DNA of 61,215 nt, filler included. It is 9 parts of 9 records of this genome, joined end to end, with 100 filler letters (N's around TTAATTAATTAA, not from the genome) between each part and the next. Parts side by side here need not be neighbours in the genome. Positions count along the whole stretch, not along the records: positions 7,873 to 13,018 come from SRR31147125_131088; positions 13,119 to 18,119 come from SRR31147125_131122; positions 18,220 to 23,232 come from SRR31147125_131226; 6 more parts are not named here. One strand, 5' to 3'. The translations under genes were made by a program, and so were the position numbers. The first letter of the stretch is position 1. Each line of letters opens with the position of its first letter. The notes under the pieces were generated by a model that was given only the letters and a program-made list of their open reading frames with translations, did not search any database and was not told where the DNA came from. Shown piece after piece: positions 10,801 through 21,200 of this stretch.

Positions 10801-12808
10801 CTCCCTTCTCTGCTTCGGAGTGTCTGAGGGCAATAGCTTCCTCTTCCAACATGCGGCATCGCGTGCGTAGCTAACAACACCACTCACAACAACGAAGCGA
10901 CCCCATATCGTAACACACCTCCTCGGCAACCGCTTGATTCTCTTCTTGCGTGCTCAGCAGGCCCAAGTTTTCGGCAGCCAGTTGCTTCACTTGCTCCGAT
11001 AGCTCATTCTGGACAGCCTTGAGCTCCCCAAGCACCTCTGCTCTCACGCTGGTGTGAGTACGCGGGTGCACTACCACGTCCTTGACGAACCAGGGTTGAT
11101 CTTGAGGTCCTGAAGGCGATCGAGCTCGCGCTGTGCTTTCGCATGGCTCACACCTTCTTGTAGAGCCCTCTCCTGGCAGGGAGACATGGGAGTCAGCAGC
11201 ACACAGGTACAGCCTCGTCGTGGAGACGGACTTTCATCGCGCTGAAGTCAACGAGGAGGTTGTTGTGTTCATCTCTCATGTTGTCGTACACTTCGCCCAA
11301 TTCCGTCTCAAGTTCTTGGTTCTTGGCCTTTAACACCTATACCACCCCGTTAGAGGATGAGAAGCACTCCATAAAGGCACGTACGCGAAGTTCAGCGAAG
11401 ATGCGATCTTTCTCCAGCAATAACATTTCAACATTGTTCCGTTCAGCTAGGAGGGCCGCTACCATTGCTTCCACCTGCAAGGAAACTCTACCATCCGAAC
11501 AAACGAACAAGAGAGAGGGCGCACCTTACGCAGATTGGTCTTGGCAGCTCCCAACGATTCATCTGCAGAAATAGCCTTGGCGATTCGGCGGGTGACGCGC
11601 GCCTTGGCCCTCTCATCACGGAGGAAGAGGTCCGAGAGATCTTCCAACCCTTGCAAAACTGTGCTGAGCTCCTCCACGATCTACACATTGGTATTGGGCA
11701 CGCGTACAGACACACATCCACACCCCACACCTCATCCTCATTCAGAACAGACGTCGGGACAGATCCCGGAGGGCCCTGGTGCTGGGCGGCAAGCAACGTC
11801 TGAAGTCTTCTCTGAAGCAACTCCTTGTCTTCCTTGAGTCCCAACAACGCCTAAAGGTCATGGATCTGTGAGAGAAGAAGGCCGTGTCACTACTGGCTCC
11901 GTACCTTGTTCTCCTTTGTGAGTTCCTCCAGACGACCCTCCAGCAAGTCCTTCTCTTCAAGCAATCGCCCCAGCGTCTTTGCATGATCGGGAACATCGGG
12001 TCGACCACCCATCACACGATCCACCTGTTTCTCAAATGGACTTCCATTAACCAGGCCGCCGCCCAACACCTCATCCCTACAACCTTACTCTCCACATTCT
12101 TGGGGAGATCAGATGGTACCGGGCGTTGGGGAGCCGCAGAGGGTCCAGGCTGCATTCATAGTGGTGAAACTCCCGTTTTCATCCCATGAAAACCGCACCT
12201 GGGCGGAACTGGACTCATCTTGGCCCTTGGGAGGAGGAGGCGCAGCAGACGGATCCTCCGCTTTGCGTACGAGTCACACACCCTTATGCACGGGGTGAAG
12301 AACACCTTTACGCACGTTGCGCAGAAACGGAAGCAGTGGACAAAGACGCTTCACGTTCCTCGTGCACGTTGAGCGTGTGCCGTAGTGTCTGAGTAGGTAC
12401 ATCAGCAATACGTGAAATGGGCACGAAAATGTCGTCGGGGCACCTTGATTAGATCTTCCTTGTCCAAAAGCACCTTCTTGAACAGGGCAACCTCGGCCTG
12501 GAACCAGATTGACTGAGGAGGACGCACACACACACACACACACACCTGCTGATCAGCAAAATCCGACCGCACTTCATCCAACGCGGCACGATCCACAGCA
12601 CCTTTGTGCGAAATCGTCAGATGGAAACGATCGAACACCACCTCTTCCTCAAGTTGTGGGGGAACGTACCCTGAAGACGAAGTGCCTTGTTTTCTTCAAT
12701 AAGAATCTGACATACCCCCTGTGTGTCAGCTCACAACGCCCGTAATGCACTCCTCACCTTCACTTGAGGCATGACCGCAAGTTTCTCATGGTCCGGTGCC
12801 GAGGCCAT
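7873..12808 (-). CDS. Eukaryotic multi-exon long coiled-coil protein, probably 3' truncated
   Basis: ATG at 12808 (MASAPDHEKLAVMPQVK), then a 39-nt GT-AG intron 12757-12719 with a CTGAC branch motif. Later exons encode E/K/L/Q/R-rich heptad sequence (ELKAVQNELSEQVKQLAAENL; ERLESEVSRLDSLIGIMEREMEE) separated by short GT-AG introns. Confidence 0.75.
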
Positions 12809-13018
12809 CTTTAGGGATTCCTGTTTATGAAGTGCTTCATAGATACGGAGCTATACAACGAGCAGAGAGCAACGTTCAGGCCCATGGACGACCGGCACGG
12901 ACGTCCCCCACCCCCACCCCACCTGTTCCGCCATAGACGAATTCTCACGTTCCAATTGTACAACACGGTCCTCGAGAGACGTCATCGTGTTGTACTCACA
13001 CACCCCCAGCCCTGTCTT

Positions 13019-13118
13019 NNNNNNNNNNNNNNNNNNNNNNNNNNNNNNNNNNNNNNNNNNNNTTAATTAATTAANNNNNNNNNNNNNNNNNNNNNNNNNN
13101 NNNNNNNNNNNNNNNNNN
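13019..13118. other. Artificial contig spacer
   Basis: N44-TTAATTAATTAA-N44. Confidence 0.99.
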
Positions 13119-13144
13119 CCGGTGAATATCTGTCCAGGTACTTA
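13119..13144 (+). repeat. 26-bp sequence shared with the start of another contig; probable end of a repeated mobile element
   Basis: CCGGTGAATATCTGTCCAGGTACTTA is identical to 39045-39070, and both copies lie at contig starts. Confidence 0.7.
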
Positions 13145-13394
13145 GAAGGAAAAAACCGGTTACTTCTCTGCAGCCTCTGTCTCGAATCGAAGCGGATTCC
13201 CCCTTTTCCGTCCGGTTACGATTCAGAGGCTCCGTTTTTTGGAACAAGGACCGACAACATTCCTTTGAGTATGACTGATCATCCTGAAGTATTTTGAAAT
13301 GGGCTCGAAATAACTTCCCCATGTCGGGGGCGGGAAGAGATTAAAAATCTGTCCCCGAATCGAAAAAATGGGCAACTGATTTAAAACCCATTCC

Positions 13395-14369
13395 TTAAGG
13401 TTCCCGTAGGAGGGTTGTTTTTATGAAAGAAACGATATCCGGTCCCAATGTGTCAAAGGGGGAGTTCATCTGGAAAACTTCTGAAAAATGGTTGTGTCTG
13501 CACAGTTTTTTTACAAAGGGGCAGGTTCCATCCCGCCGGTACAAAGCGGTCGCCATGGTCAAAAATTGACGATCGAACCGGGGCGGATCGAGTTCCGCAC
13601 TCGCCAGGAACACCGGAAGGCCGGGCCGCTGAAGATCATTGACCACTGACCGGGATGCCAATTGCGAGGGATCCCCTCCATAATAGAGGTGGCCGGGACT
13701 GCCCGGCTCCAGGTATTCCGGATCATAGTCCGGGCCGGATACCAGAATGGTGCCGATCACCCCATCGCTCTCTATGGGTTGAAATTGTTTGATAAACAGA
13801 TAGCTGGAAACGTGGGCTGCCCCTGCAGAGTGGCCCATCAGAAAGATTCGGTCAATGTTCCCGCCAAACTCTTTGCCGTTTTTCCGGATCCATTCAACCA
13901 CGGCGCCAACATCCTCTGCCCCGGAGGGCCAGATGTGATCCGGGGCCAGGCGATAGTTGGGCAACACGGCGATCATTTGGTTTCGAGCCAGGAAAAAGCC
14001 GATATTGTTCAAATGCTGCTTGTCTCCTCCGGTGAACCCGCCGCCATGGACAAAGACGACGATAGGGAAGGGCGGCATGGAATCGACCTCGTCAACTCCG
14101 TTTTCCGGGTCGGATTTTGCCGTCATGTCATGCGTTTCCGTCGTTTCCGTCGTTTCCGGCAACTCCGGTAGATAGAGATCCAGTCGATGGCGTTCATGGG
14201 AACCGTAGGGAAGATTTCTTTTGCGAATCACCCCATCCCGAGGAGCCTTGATCAGCAGCGGATAGTAGAGCTTAGCCGTCTCTACGACGGTTTCAGGGGT
14301 TATATCCGTACCGAGGCGTCGTAATCTACCTAAGATATTTTCATAATCAATTGCTTGAGCGGGGGTCAT
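13395..14369 (-). CDS. Alpha/beta hydrolase, HSL-like esterase
   Basis: VFVHGGGF oxyanion motif, GHSAG nucleophile elbow, late HNHFS. Confidence 0.9.
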   Translation of the reverse strand: MTPAQAIDYENILGRLRRLGTDITPETVVETAKLYYPLLIKAPRDGVIRKRNLPYGSHERHRLDLYLPELPETTETTETHDMTAKSDPENGVDEVDSMPPFPIVVFVHGGGFTGGDKQHLNNIGFFLARNQMIAVLPNYRLAPDHIWPSGAEDVGAVVEWIRKNGKEFGGNIDRIFLMGHSAGAAHVSSYLFIKQFQPIESDGVIGTILVSGPDYDPEYLEPGSPGHLYYGGDPSQLASRSVVNDLQRPGLPVFLASAELDPPRFDRQFLTMATALYRRDGTCPFVKKLCRHNHFSEVFQMNSPFDTLGPDIVSFIKTTLLREP

Positions 14370-16099
14370 TTTGACATCTCCGTTGCAAATGCAGCCAGGT
14401 AACCGGAACCCTCGGAAAGTTCACTGCCGGGTTTGTCAACCACTGCAACCACGACTTCAAGATGACCGTCGCCATCAATGTCCACCACTGTCGAATCTGC
14501 AATGAAGCGGGGCATGTCCAAGGTGCTCCCGATGGAGCGAATTCCGCCGTGTCGGCTCTTGAGCCACTCCAATCGTCCTTTTTCAAAAAACCGACGACGG
14601 GCCAAAACACCGGTTCCGGATCGAACATCGTTATCTACGACCAGCATCTCCTGGATGCCGTCATGGTCCACATCGAGTAGGTGAATTCTCTGCTGAAGAT
14701 ATACATTCTCTTGCTCATCCCATTGATCCTCATCCGTGAAGATAATGGCGTTTGAGCTGCCGCCGTATTGATCGATGGATACCTCTACTTCATTACCCGA
14801 CGGATCGAGAATTTGGATATTACCGGTTGAACCATACGCCACGATTTCCATTTGTTTCGAAGGTCTTAGCCTCCCTGAGGCAAACCCGAAAATGGTCAAA
14901 TCGCGTGGTAGGGATAGCCGATCTCCGGGTTCATACCGGTGATCCTGCCAGGTGATTTCGAAGATTCCCGGTAAAAAAAGGTCTCCTTGACCCTGCCGTT
15001 GTCCCAGAAGAACTTTACCTCGTCCGTCGATATCCACAGCACGAAAGTACCAGGGCATCAGATTTGAAATTCTCTCCATCGTTGTCCCGTCCCATTCCAG
15101 GACAAAAGAGGCGGTCCGGCTTTGGGTGTTATCGAACTTGGTAACGAATATTTCCTGTCGCCCATTGCCGTTGACATCCGCCGTATCGACCCCGACAAAG
15201 TTTCCGGAGCTCTTTACCTCACTCATTTTGATCCATCGCCCCCCCATCGCCTGGTAGGTGGTTAGCCGACTGTTGGTGATGGTGACGATCTCCGGTCTTC
15301 CATTGCCGTCCAGGTCACCGGATGCAATGCCGTTGATCTGTCCTTTGATCCGTTCCAGACCCCGCAATTGAAAAGGTGCGGATCCCGATGGGTTCAGAGG
15401 CTTCTGAGATGAGAGTGGTGGCCGGCTGACCAACGTCGATGCCGCAGTCGTGGATGCAGTCGTTGGGGATGGTGACATTTGATGAGAGTCTGTCTCATGA
15501 GCTTTTACGCTTATGGGGGCATTTCCGGTTGTTTCGGGTTTTCTTTTTAAAGCTGTCCCATTGGGTATTTCTTCAGATCTTTGGACAGGGTGCCGGATTT
15601 CATCACCGCGTCCCAGCAGCCGCGCATTGATTTGGGCGGCAAACGCATCGATATGATCGATGATTTCCGACTGCCGTTGCCCGGTTTTCCCGAAGAAAAG
15701 CATGGGTTTGCCGGGATCGGGATCCTTGCCGGAGATGACTTTGGCGTCGGTGCTCACTTTGTCACCAAACACAGTTAAGCTGCCCACGATGAGATAATCT
15801 ACATGGCTCTCTTTTATGACGCGATTGAGATCGGCACTGATTTCCCGGGAGGCATTTAACACAGTGACCTCCACGTGCCCGAACCGTCCGAGGCGGGAGA
15901 CCAGCATGGTGGAGACGCCTTTTTGAATGAAACTCAGATCTTCACTTGAATTGACGGTAAACGGCATTATCAGGATACGTGTCGGGGGAGACGCAACTGC
16001 AGGCACGGCACAAATCCATATCAAAAGGGATGCCATGATAAGAAATGCCGACATTGAACCAACTTCTTTTGTCATTTTGCTGTATTCCGGTTTGATCAC
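14366..16099 (-). CDS. Exported FG-GAP/VCBS-repeat protein with N-terminal TolB_N/CsgG-like domain
   Basis: Signal peptide; ILIMPFTVN domain; repeated Ca-binding motifs DLDGNGRPEI, DVNGNGRQEI, DVDHDGIQEM, DIDGDGHLEV. Confidence 0.85.
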   Translation of the reverse strand: MIKPEYSKMTKEVGSMSAFLIMASLLIWICAVPAVASPPTRILIMPFTVNSSEDLSFIQKGVSTMLVSRLGRFGHVEVTVLNASREISADLNRVIKESHVDYLIVGSLTVFGDKVSTDAKVISGKDPDPGKPMLFFGKTGQRQSEIIDHIDAFAAQINARLLGRGDEIRHPVQRSEEIPNGTALKRKPETTGNAPISVKAHETDSHQMSPSPTTASTTAASTLVSRPPLSSQKPLNPSGSAPFQLRGLERIKGQINGIASGDLDGNGRPEIVTITNSRLTTYQAMGGRWIKMSEVKSSGNFVGVDTADVNGNGRQEIFVTKFDNTQSRTASFVLEWDGTTMERISNLMPWYFRAVDIDGRGKVLLGQRQGQGDLFLPGIFEITWQDHRYEPGDRLSLPRDLTIFGFASGRLRPSKQMEIVAYGSTGNIQILDPSGNEVEVSIDQYGGSSNAIIFTDEDQWDEQENVYLQQRIHLLDVDHDGIQEMLVVDNDVRSGTGVLARRRFFEKGRLEWLKSRHGGIRSIGSTLDMPRFIADSTVVDIDGDGHLEVVVAVVDKPGSELSEGSGYLAAFATEMSK

Positions 16100-16249
16100 A
16101 GTCCTTTTTTCACTCCTCTATTCCGGTTTTCGTACAAAAATCATGAGAAATTTACTTTTTAAAAACGAAGAAATTCTACAAGGGGATTTGATTTATCCGT
16201 TTTTTGATTTCTATCATGGCCTGTCAGTCTGTTGCAATTAAAAATAAAA

Positions 16250-16272
16250 CGTAGGGGCGGAATACCCCTACG
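16250..16272 (-). terminator. Intrinsic terminator after the porin gene
   Basis: CGTAGGGG-N7-CCCCTACG stem followed by a T-rich tract on the minus strand. Confidence 0.7.
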
Positions 16273-16337
16273 CTCGGTTCTACAATGGTTGATCAAATAA
16301 AATTACACTCAGATACTCGATGATCCGGTGTACCGGA

Positions 16338-17672
16338 TTAAAATGCCACATGCATTCTCAAAGTAAACAACTGTGCGTCATCCACATCCACCCCATCGGC
16401 AAATTCCGCACCGACATTTTGGTACGTTGCATGAAGACTGGTATGGGGGGCAAAGGCATATCCGGCTGCGACCAGGAAATTGTATCCGTTTTCGAATTCC
16501 CCGGTGACACCGGCGATATCATCATCCGCTGCGATCATGTAATTGACTTGACCATGGAGGGTCACTTTTTCCATGGGTTTGTATTGCGCGCCGATACCCG
16601 CACCAATGGAACCGGCACCGGTCAGGAACGGATCCAGAACATCGCCGGGAAGCGGGCCGCTTGCAGGTCCGCAAAATACCTGGGTATTGGTTCGTCCGTA
16701 AATGGCCATATCCCATCCATAGTTGGCACCGTATTTGATGTCATAGTCGGCAAAGGGGTTTCCCACACGGGTAATCTTGGCCTCTCCTTCGTCCGCCGGG
16801 CTGGAGTACCATGTATCGAGACCCAAGGTGAAGGAATCGTTGATCTTTTTTGTTCCTGCTACGATGAGCTGGGTGCCGGTATAATCGACCCCGTTGCCGT
16901 TGTCTCCCCCAAATGTAGCCAGCTCACTTCGTAAATTAAATCCGGCCAGGGTGGTAAATGCAGTCACACCCGCTACCCAGGGATCGTCCTTGAAGTTGTC
17001 CACAACACCGTCATCGTCGGCGTCACCGGTGCTGTCGTCGTTTTGCATCCAGTAAAATGCATTGACTTTGAAGGCATCGGTTTTGTATCCCAGGTCAATG
17101 AAATACCGGTCGGTATCTTCGTTTTCATCACCACTATCGGTCAGTCGGCTTAGCTGTGTTCCAAATGAATCGCTGTTGCTGCCGATACCTTCACTGACTT
17201 TGACATATCCCAGACGAACACTCACGGGGGTTTTTAAAATGATCTGTAGACCCGGCTGGTTGTCTCGATACACTTTACTAAGTCCCAAGGGGATGAACTG
17301 CAACCCGGCCTTGATCTGAAATAGATCCTGATTGATGTCCACATGGGCACGGTCCACCTGAATTTCGGCATCGTCACTGGCACGGTACGAGGAAAATGCC
17401 TGGTCCTGACCCCACTGGTTTTCTGCAAAATCAAATCTCAGTCTGGCCTGGATACCGCTGGCAGGTTTAATTTTGACTCCCAAGCGAAATCGCTGATAAA
17501 CGTACTCCCGGTTGTCGGCATCCCCTTGATCCACGCCGGTGTACTGCTCGGTAAAATTATCGCCCCAGACCGCTGAAACATCATAGGCCCCTTTTAAGGT
17601 CAGCATCTCCTCAGCCGTCACCGGGACTGCAACCAACAATGTAATGAATACAATAACCAATACTTTTTTCAC
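16338..17672 (-). CDS. Outer-membrane beta-barrel porin (Desulfobacterota type)
   Basis: Signal peptide MKKVLVIV...VTA, YQRFRLG motif, alternating beta-strand pattern, C-terminal Phe (LRMHVAF); AGGAGG RBS. Confidence 0.85.
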   Translation of the reverse strand: MKKVLVIVFITLLVAVPVTAEEMLTLKGAYDVSAVWGDNFTEQYTGVDQGDADNREYVYQRFRLGVKIKPASGIQARLRFDFAENQWGQDQAFSSYRASDDAEIQVDRAHVDINQDLFQIKAGLQFIPLGLSKVYRDNQPGLQIILKTPVSVRLGYVKVSEGIGSNSDSFGTQLSRLTDSGDENEDTDRYFIDLGYKTDAFKVNAFYWMQNDDSTGDADDDGVVDNFKDDPWVAGVTAFTTLAGFNLRSELATFGGDNGNGVDYTGTQLIVAGTKKINDSFTLGLDTWYSSPADEGEAKITRVGNPFADYDIKYGANYGWDMAIYGRTNTQVFCGPASGPLPGDVLDPFLTGAGSIGAGIGAQYKPMEKVTLHGQVNYMIAADDDIAGVTGEFENGYNFLVAAGYAFAPHTSLHATYQNVGAEFADGVDVDDAQLFTLRMHVAF

Positions 17673-17933
17673 TTTTTCCTCCTTCGTTTTTGTTTATGGA
17701 GATGATCGCTCATTTTTTGCAACCATCCGCATGGTGAATACAATCAATGCGTTTTACCTGTTTCCTCCTTTTGCTGTAGGGTTTTCTCGATGATCCGAAC
17801 GATTCGCACCGATTAACCTGTCCGGAAAATCAATAGCGGCCATGGCAAATTCTTCCGCCACAACTCAATTATGAAAATCCGTTCCCCTTTACAGGTCGGG
17901 ATCTCCAGATAAACAAAATTTCAACAAAACAGC

Positions 17934-17948
17934 GCAAGAGATATGCCA
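17934..17948 (-). promoter_or_regulatory. Sigma54 (-24/-12) promoter
   Basis: TGGCATATCTCTTGC has exact GG-N10-GC spacing and is oriented toward the porin. Confidence 0.75.
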
Positions 17949-18119
17949 TGTTGTATTTATAACAATAAATGTCTTGTAAATTAGATGGTTAGAAGTGAAT
18001 TGGATGGGTGGAAAATTGATATATCGAGTCAGCATTTCGTAAATTAACTATATTTCGTAATTTGTTTTGTCCGTTCAATTATTCCTTCTCCCTAATAACG
18101 GCCATGTCAGGCCACCTGA

Positions 18120-18219
18120 NNNNNNNNNNNNNNNNNNNNNNNNNNNNNNNNNNNNNNNNNNNNTTAATTAATTAANNNNNNNNNNNNNNNNNNNNNNNNN
18201 NNNNNNNNNNNNNNNNNNN
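18120..18219. other. Artificial contig spacer
   Basis: N44-TTAATTAATTAA-N44. Confidence 0.99.
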
Positions 18220-21200
18220 GGGGGGTACCTGGATGAAGTCGTCGAATGTGCTGGTCTTGGATCGAAACGTAATCCAACCTTGTGATCCAAACTTGTCAAG
18301 CGCTGCACTGTACTGTTCCAGAAGTAGCCATCCTTCCTCAACTCTGTGTGCCTGTATGAGGAAAAGGAAGAGAGTGTGTGTGGCGTCGAACACAACCTTG
18401 TGATGTCCTCTTCTGTTTCCGTAAGTCCGTGAAATGCAGGGGCTGGGATATCAAACTGATCACAGTCAGCTGTAATTCCCTTGGATGCCTCAAGAAGCTT
18501 GTCAAACTCTCTTCTCCATTCTTTCACTTTCTCTGCAATGCGGTACGTGATGAAAATCACATAAATCGTTTGCCGTCTCGTACCACAAATGTCCTTCGAG
18601 GCGTGGATGTCGAGTGTCGTCAGATCCTTGGGTTTCAATTCATTCTGAGGAACCGTAAGACGTGAACGGAGTCATATCACCAGGCGAGCATACCCATCGC
18701 GCAATGAAATCCGCGAGTTCGTTTTGCATATCTCCAATGCGCTTCTCCAGTTCCACGCGTAATCTTTGAAACTCATCCCCCAGCATGGTGTCGTGCGCCT
18801 CGAGCGTAAGTTCCAATTGCTAAGCGACAGTAAGACTCGCAAAGGACACCTGTCACGGGAATCGAACCTCCCAACGGGATGCCAATCCCGCAACAGGGAT
18901 GCCGGAGCCGTGTGTGGCCTTCAGTAATTTGTTCTTGTCATCCACAATTGCAATAATGCTTCTCATAGAGCGCTGGGTTCATCACTGGGGGTGAGTGCAG
19001 CATCGAACACACAAGAGAGTACCTTGTCTCGAGAAATCTCTTTGGAAGCCCTCTTGACCTCGGCGATTTGATCAAGGTTCTGAGGACGAACGCCTAGGCG
19101 TGCCATCGATCTATTCATTCACGAAGAATCAGTGCGATACGGCCTCTCCTTTCCGAACATACTTGGTGAGGAATTGACCCACTGTCTCAATGTCGTGTAC
19201 TACGGACTTGCGCAGATGCCGTACAAGACTATCAGCCAATGTTTGCATTTGATCGTCTACGGTTGTTTTGAGTTGAATCAAGGAAATCTTGAAACAATCA
19301 ATCTGAAGGAGCAATCTGAGACCACACCCAAACGAGGAGCGCATGCCTCTCGCACCATCACCGAGTCGGGGAGGTGTTCAACATCACGAGCCCGTGATTT
19401 GAGCATTTTCAAGTTGTGATCGAAATCACGAAGTTCCTGTACGTTCTGGTGAAGTGGATAGAGTGCATGCGTTCAGAAGAAGAAGAAGACAAACGAACAA
19501 ACAAGACCTTTTCCACGAAATCGTCAATGTCAACGGTCCCAAGGACGACCCAGTGCAAATACTTCTTCTGTTCGTCCAAGAGCCTGCAGAATGTACTTTC
19601 TGCTTGTTGAAAGACAACAGCCAGACTATCGGCATTGTTGGGGATCATGTTCTGGGAAACGCGGTGAGTCCCACTTTACTCACACCACAACACCCAAAGC
19701 GCACCTTAAAAACGGGGAATCTCCCACACCGCGGAAGTTCAACGGCACGGTAATGAACTTGCGTAGCTCCTTGTAGTAGTTTGCACGGATCTCTTCCATC
19801 GGGGGTTCAAATTGTAGGGCTCGCATCTTGAAGACCAGACGAATCTCGGTGATGGGAAGAATCTCTCGGGAACACAAAAGGCCTCGGCGGTACCTGCCCA
19901 CGACTCGTTCAGCGCACGCACACACGTCAAAAAAGACGTGCGCACTGATACTCAAGGACTTTGTAGAGTTGATGATCCCAATGGCGTCGCCAGAGTCGTG
20001 TGCTCTTGGAGTTGTATCTTGGCAAACCAACCTAAGAAGCCAACCATGAAGGAACAGAACGTTACGTACCCCTGGTTCTCGACGGAAGCAAGCACGCCGC
20101 GGATCTCTGCGAGAACCTCTTTCCATTTATCACGAGACTTGAGGAGATCCACTTCAAAGAGACGCAGGACCTTCTCGGTGAGAAGAATATGGATCTTTCG
20201 CAGTTTGTTGTTCTCCGCAGAGAACTGTTTGTTCGTTAGGTGCCTGCCACCCATTCGCCCCTCTTGTCCCGCACCTTCTCGGTTGCCACTTGCAAACGGT
20301 GCACATAGCCCTCGAGCTTGGACTGTTGATTCCACGTCACAACGGCTCGTTCATCCGTTACAAGACTTTCAAATTCCTGGGCCCCCCCCCCCCCCCTCGA
20401 TTCATGAACACGATTGATTGAGAATCAACACACCTTTGCGCTTTCTTTCATTAACGGTTGTTGTGAAGGAACAATCTTGGCTCCAACTGTGTTGTGAAAA
20501 CAGGCGACCTGTTTTAGAACCACGCCATACGTATTGCTCGGTTAAGGAGGACAGGAGAGGGGAGCGGGTATTGATTGGACAAATGGGGATATTGATAGAA
20601 CTGCTGAGCCACTTTGGCTACGCTTTTGATGTCTTCGGGGACGTGAAGTCCCATTGCACTCATCTGACGGACCTGGTCCCACCACAGTTATGCATCCATC
20701 ACCAGGCGGAGATTGATAAGCATTCCTACCTCGCGTAGAAGTGTCAAAAGTTCATCGTGAAATTGGACCCTCATCTTCCCATCCGAATAGTCAATAGCCA
20801 TAACAATCTCGTCAACCTTCAAACCCAAGGGATTCGATGCATCCTGTGTGTGCATCAGAACAATTCATCATCCATCCACGACCACACCTTCATGCGCTTC
20901 CTGATTTCAAGAATCCACGAGCGAAAGCCTTCATCGCGCACCTTGCGCATGTCTCGTAACAATGTCGTTGCTTCAGATGTCATAGGGCTGGAAAGGTCAC
21001 CCAACGCATCCTCAATGATAGAAACATACTCCTGGACCTGGAGAGGAAGGATCGGTGTCATGTTGAGCCTTTGACGAATCCGAAGCACCTTGGTAGACGC
21101 CTTGGTAAGTTGCGCGAGGTGATTCACTGCATGGGGAAGGTTCCAACCAGGCGATGGCGGCTCCTCCAGTTCCCCCTTCATCCCTCTCATGAATCGTTTG

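Noticed and set aside
12525-12545. (CA)n, (TG)n, (GA)n and poly-C tracts in the eukaryotic contigs
   Set aside because: Ordinary microsatellites, mostly intronic.
14133-14158. 9-bp tandem repeat (ETTETTET) in the esterase
   Set aside because: Short low-complexity insertion in a loop with no further structure.
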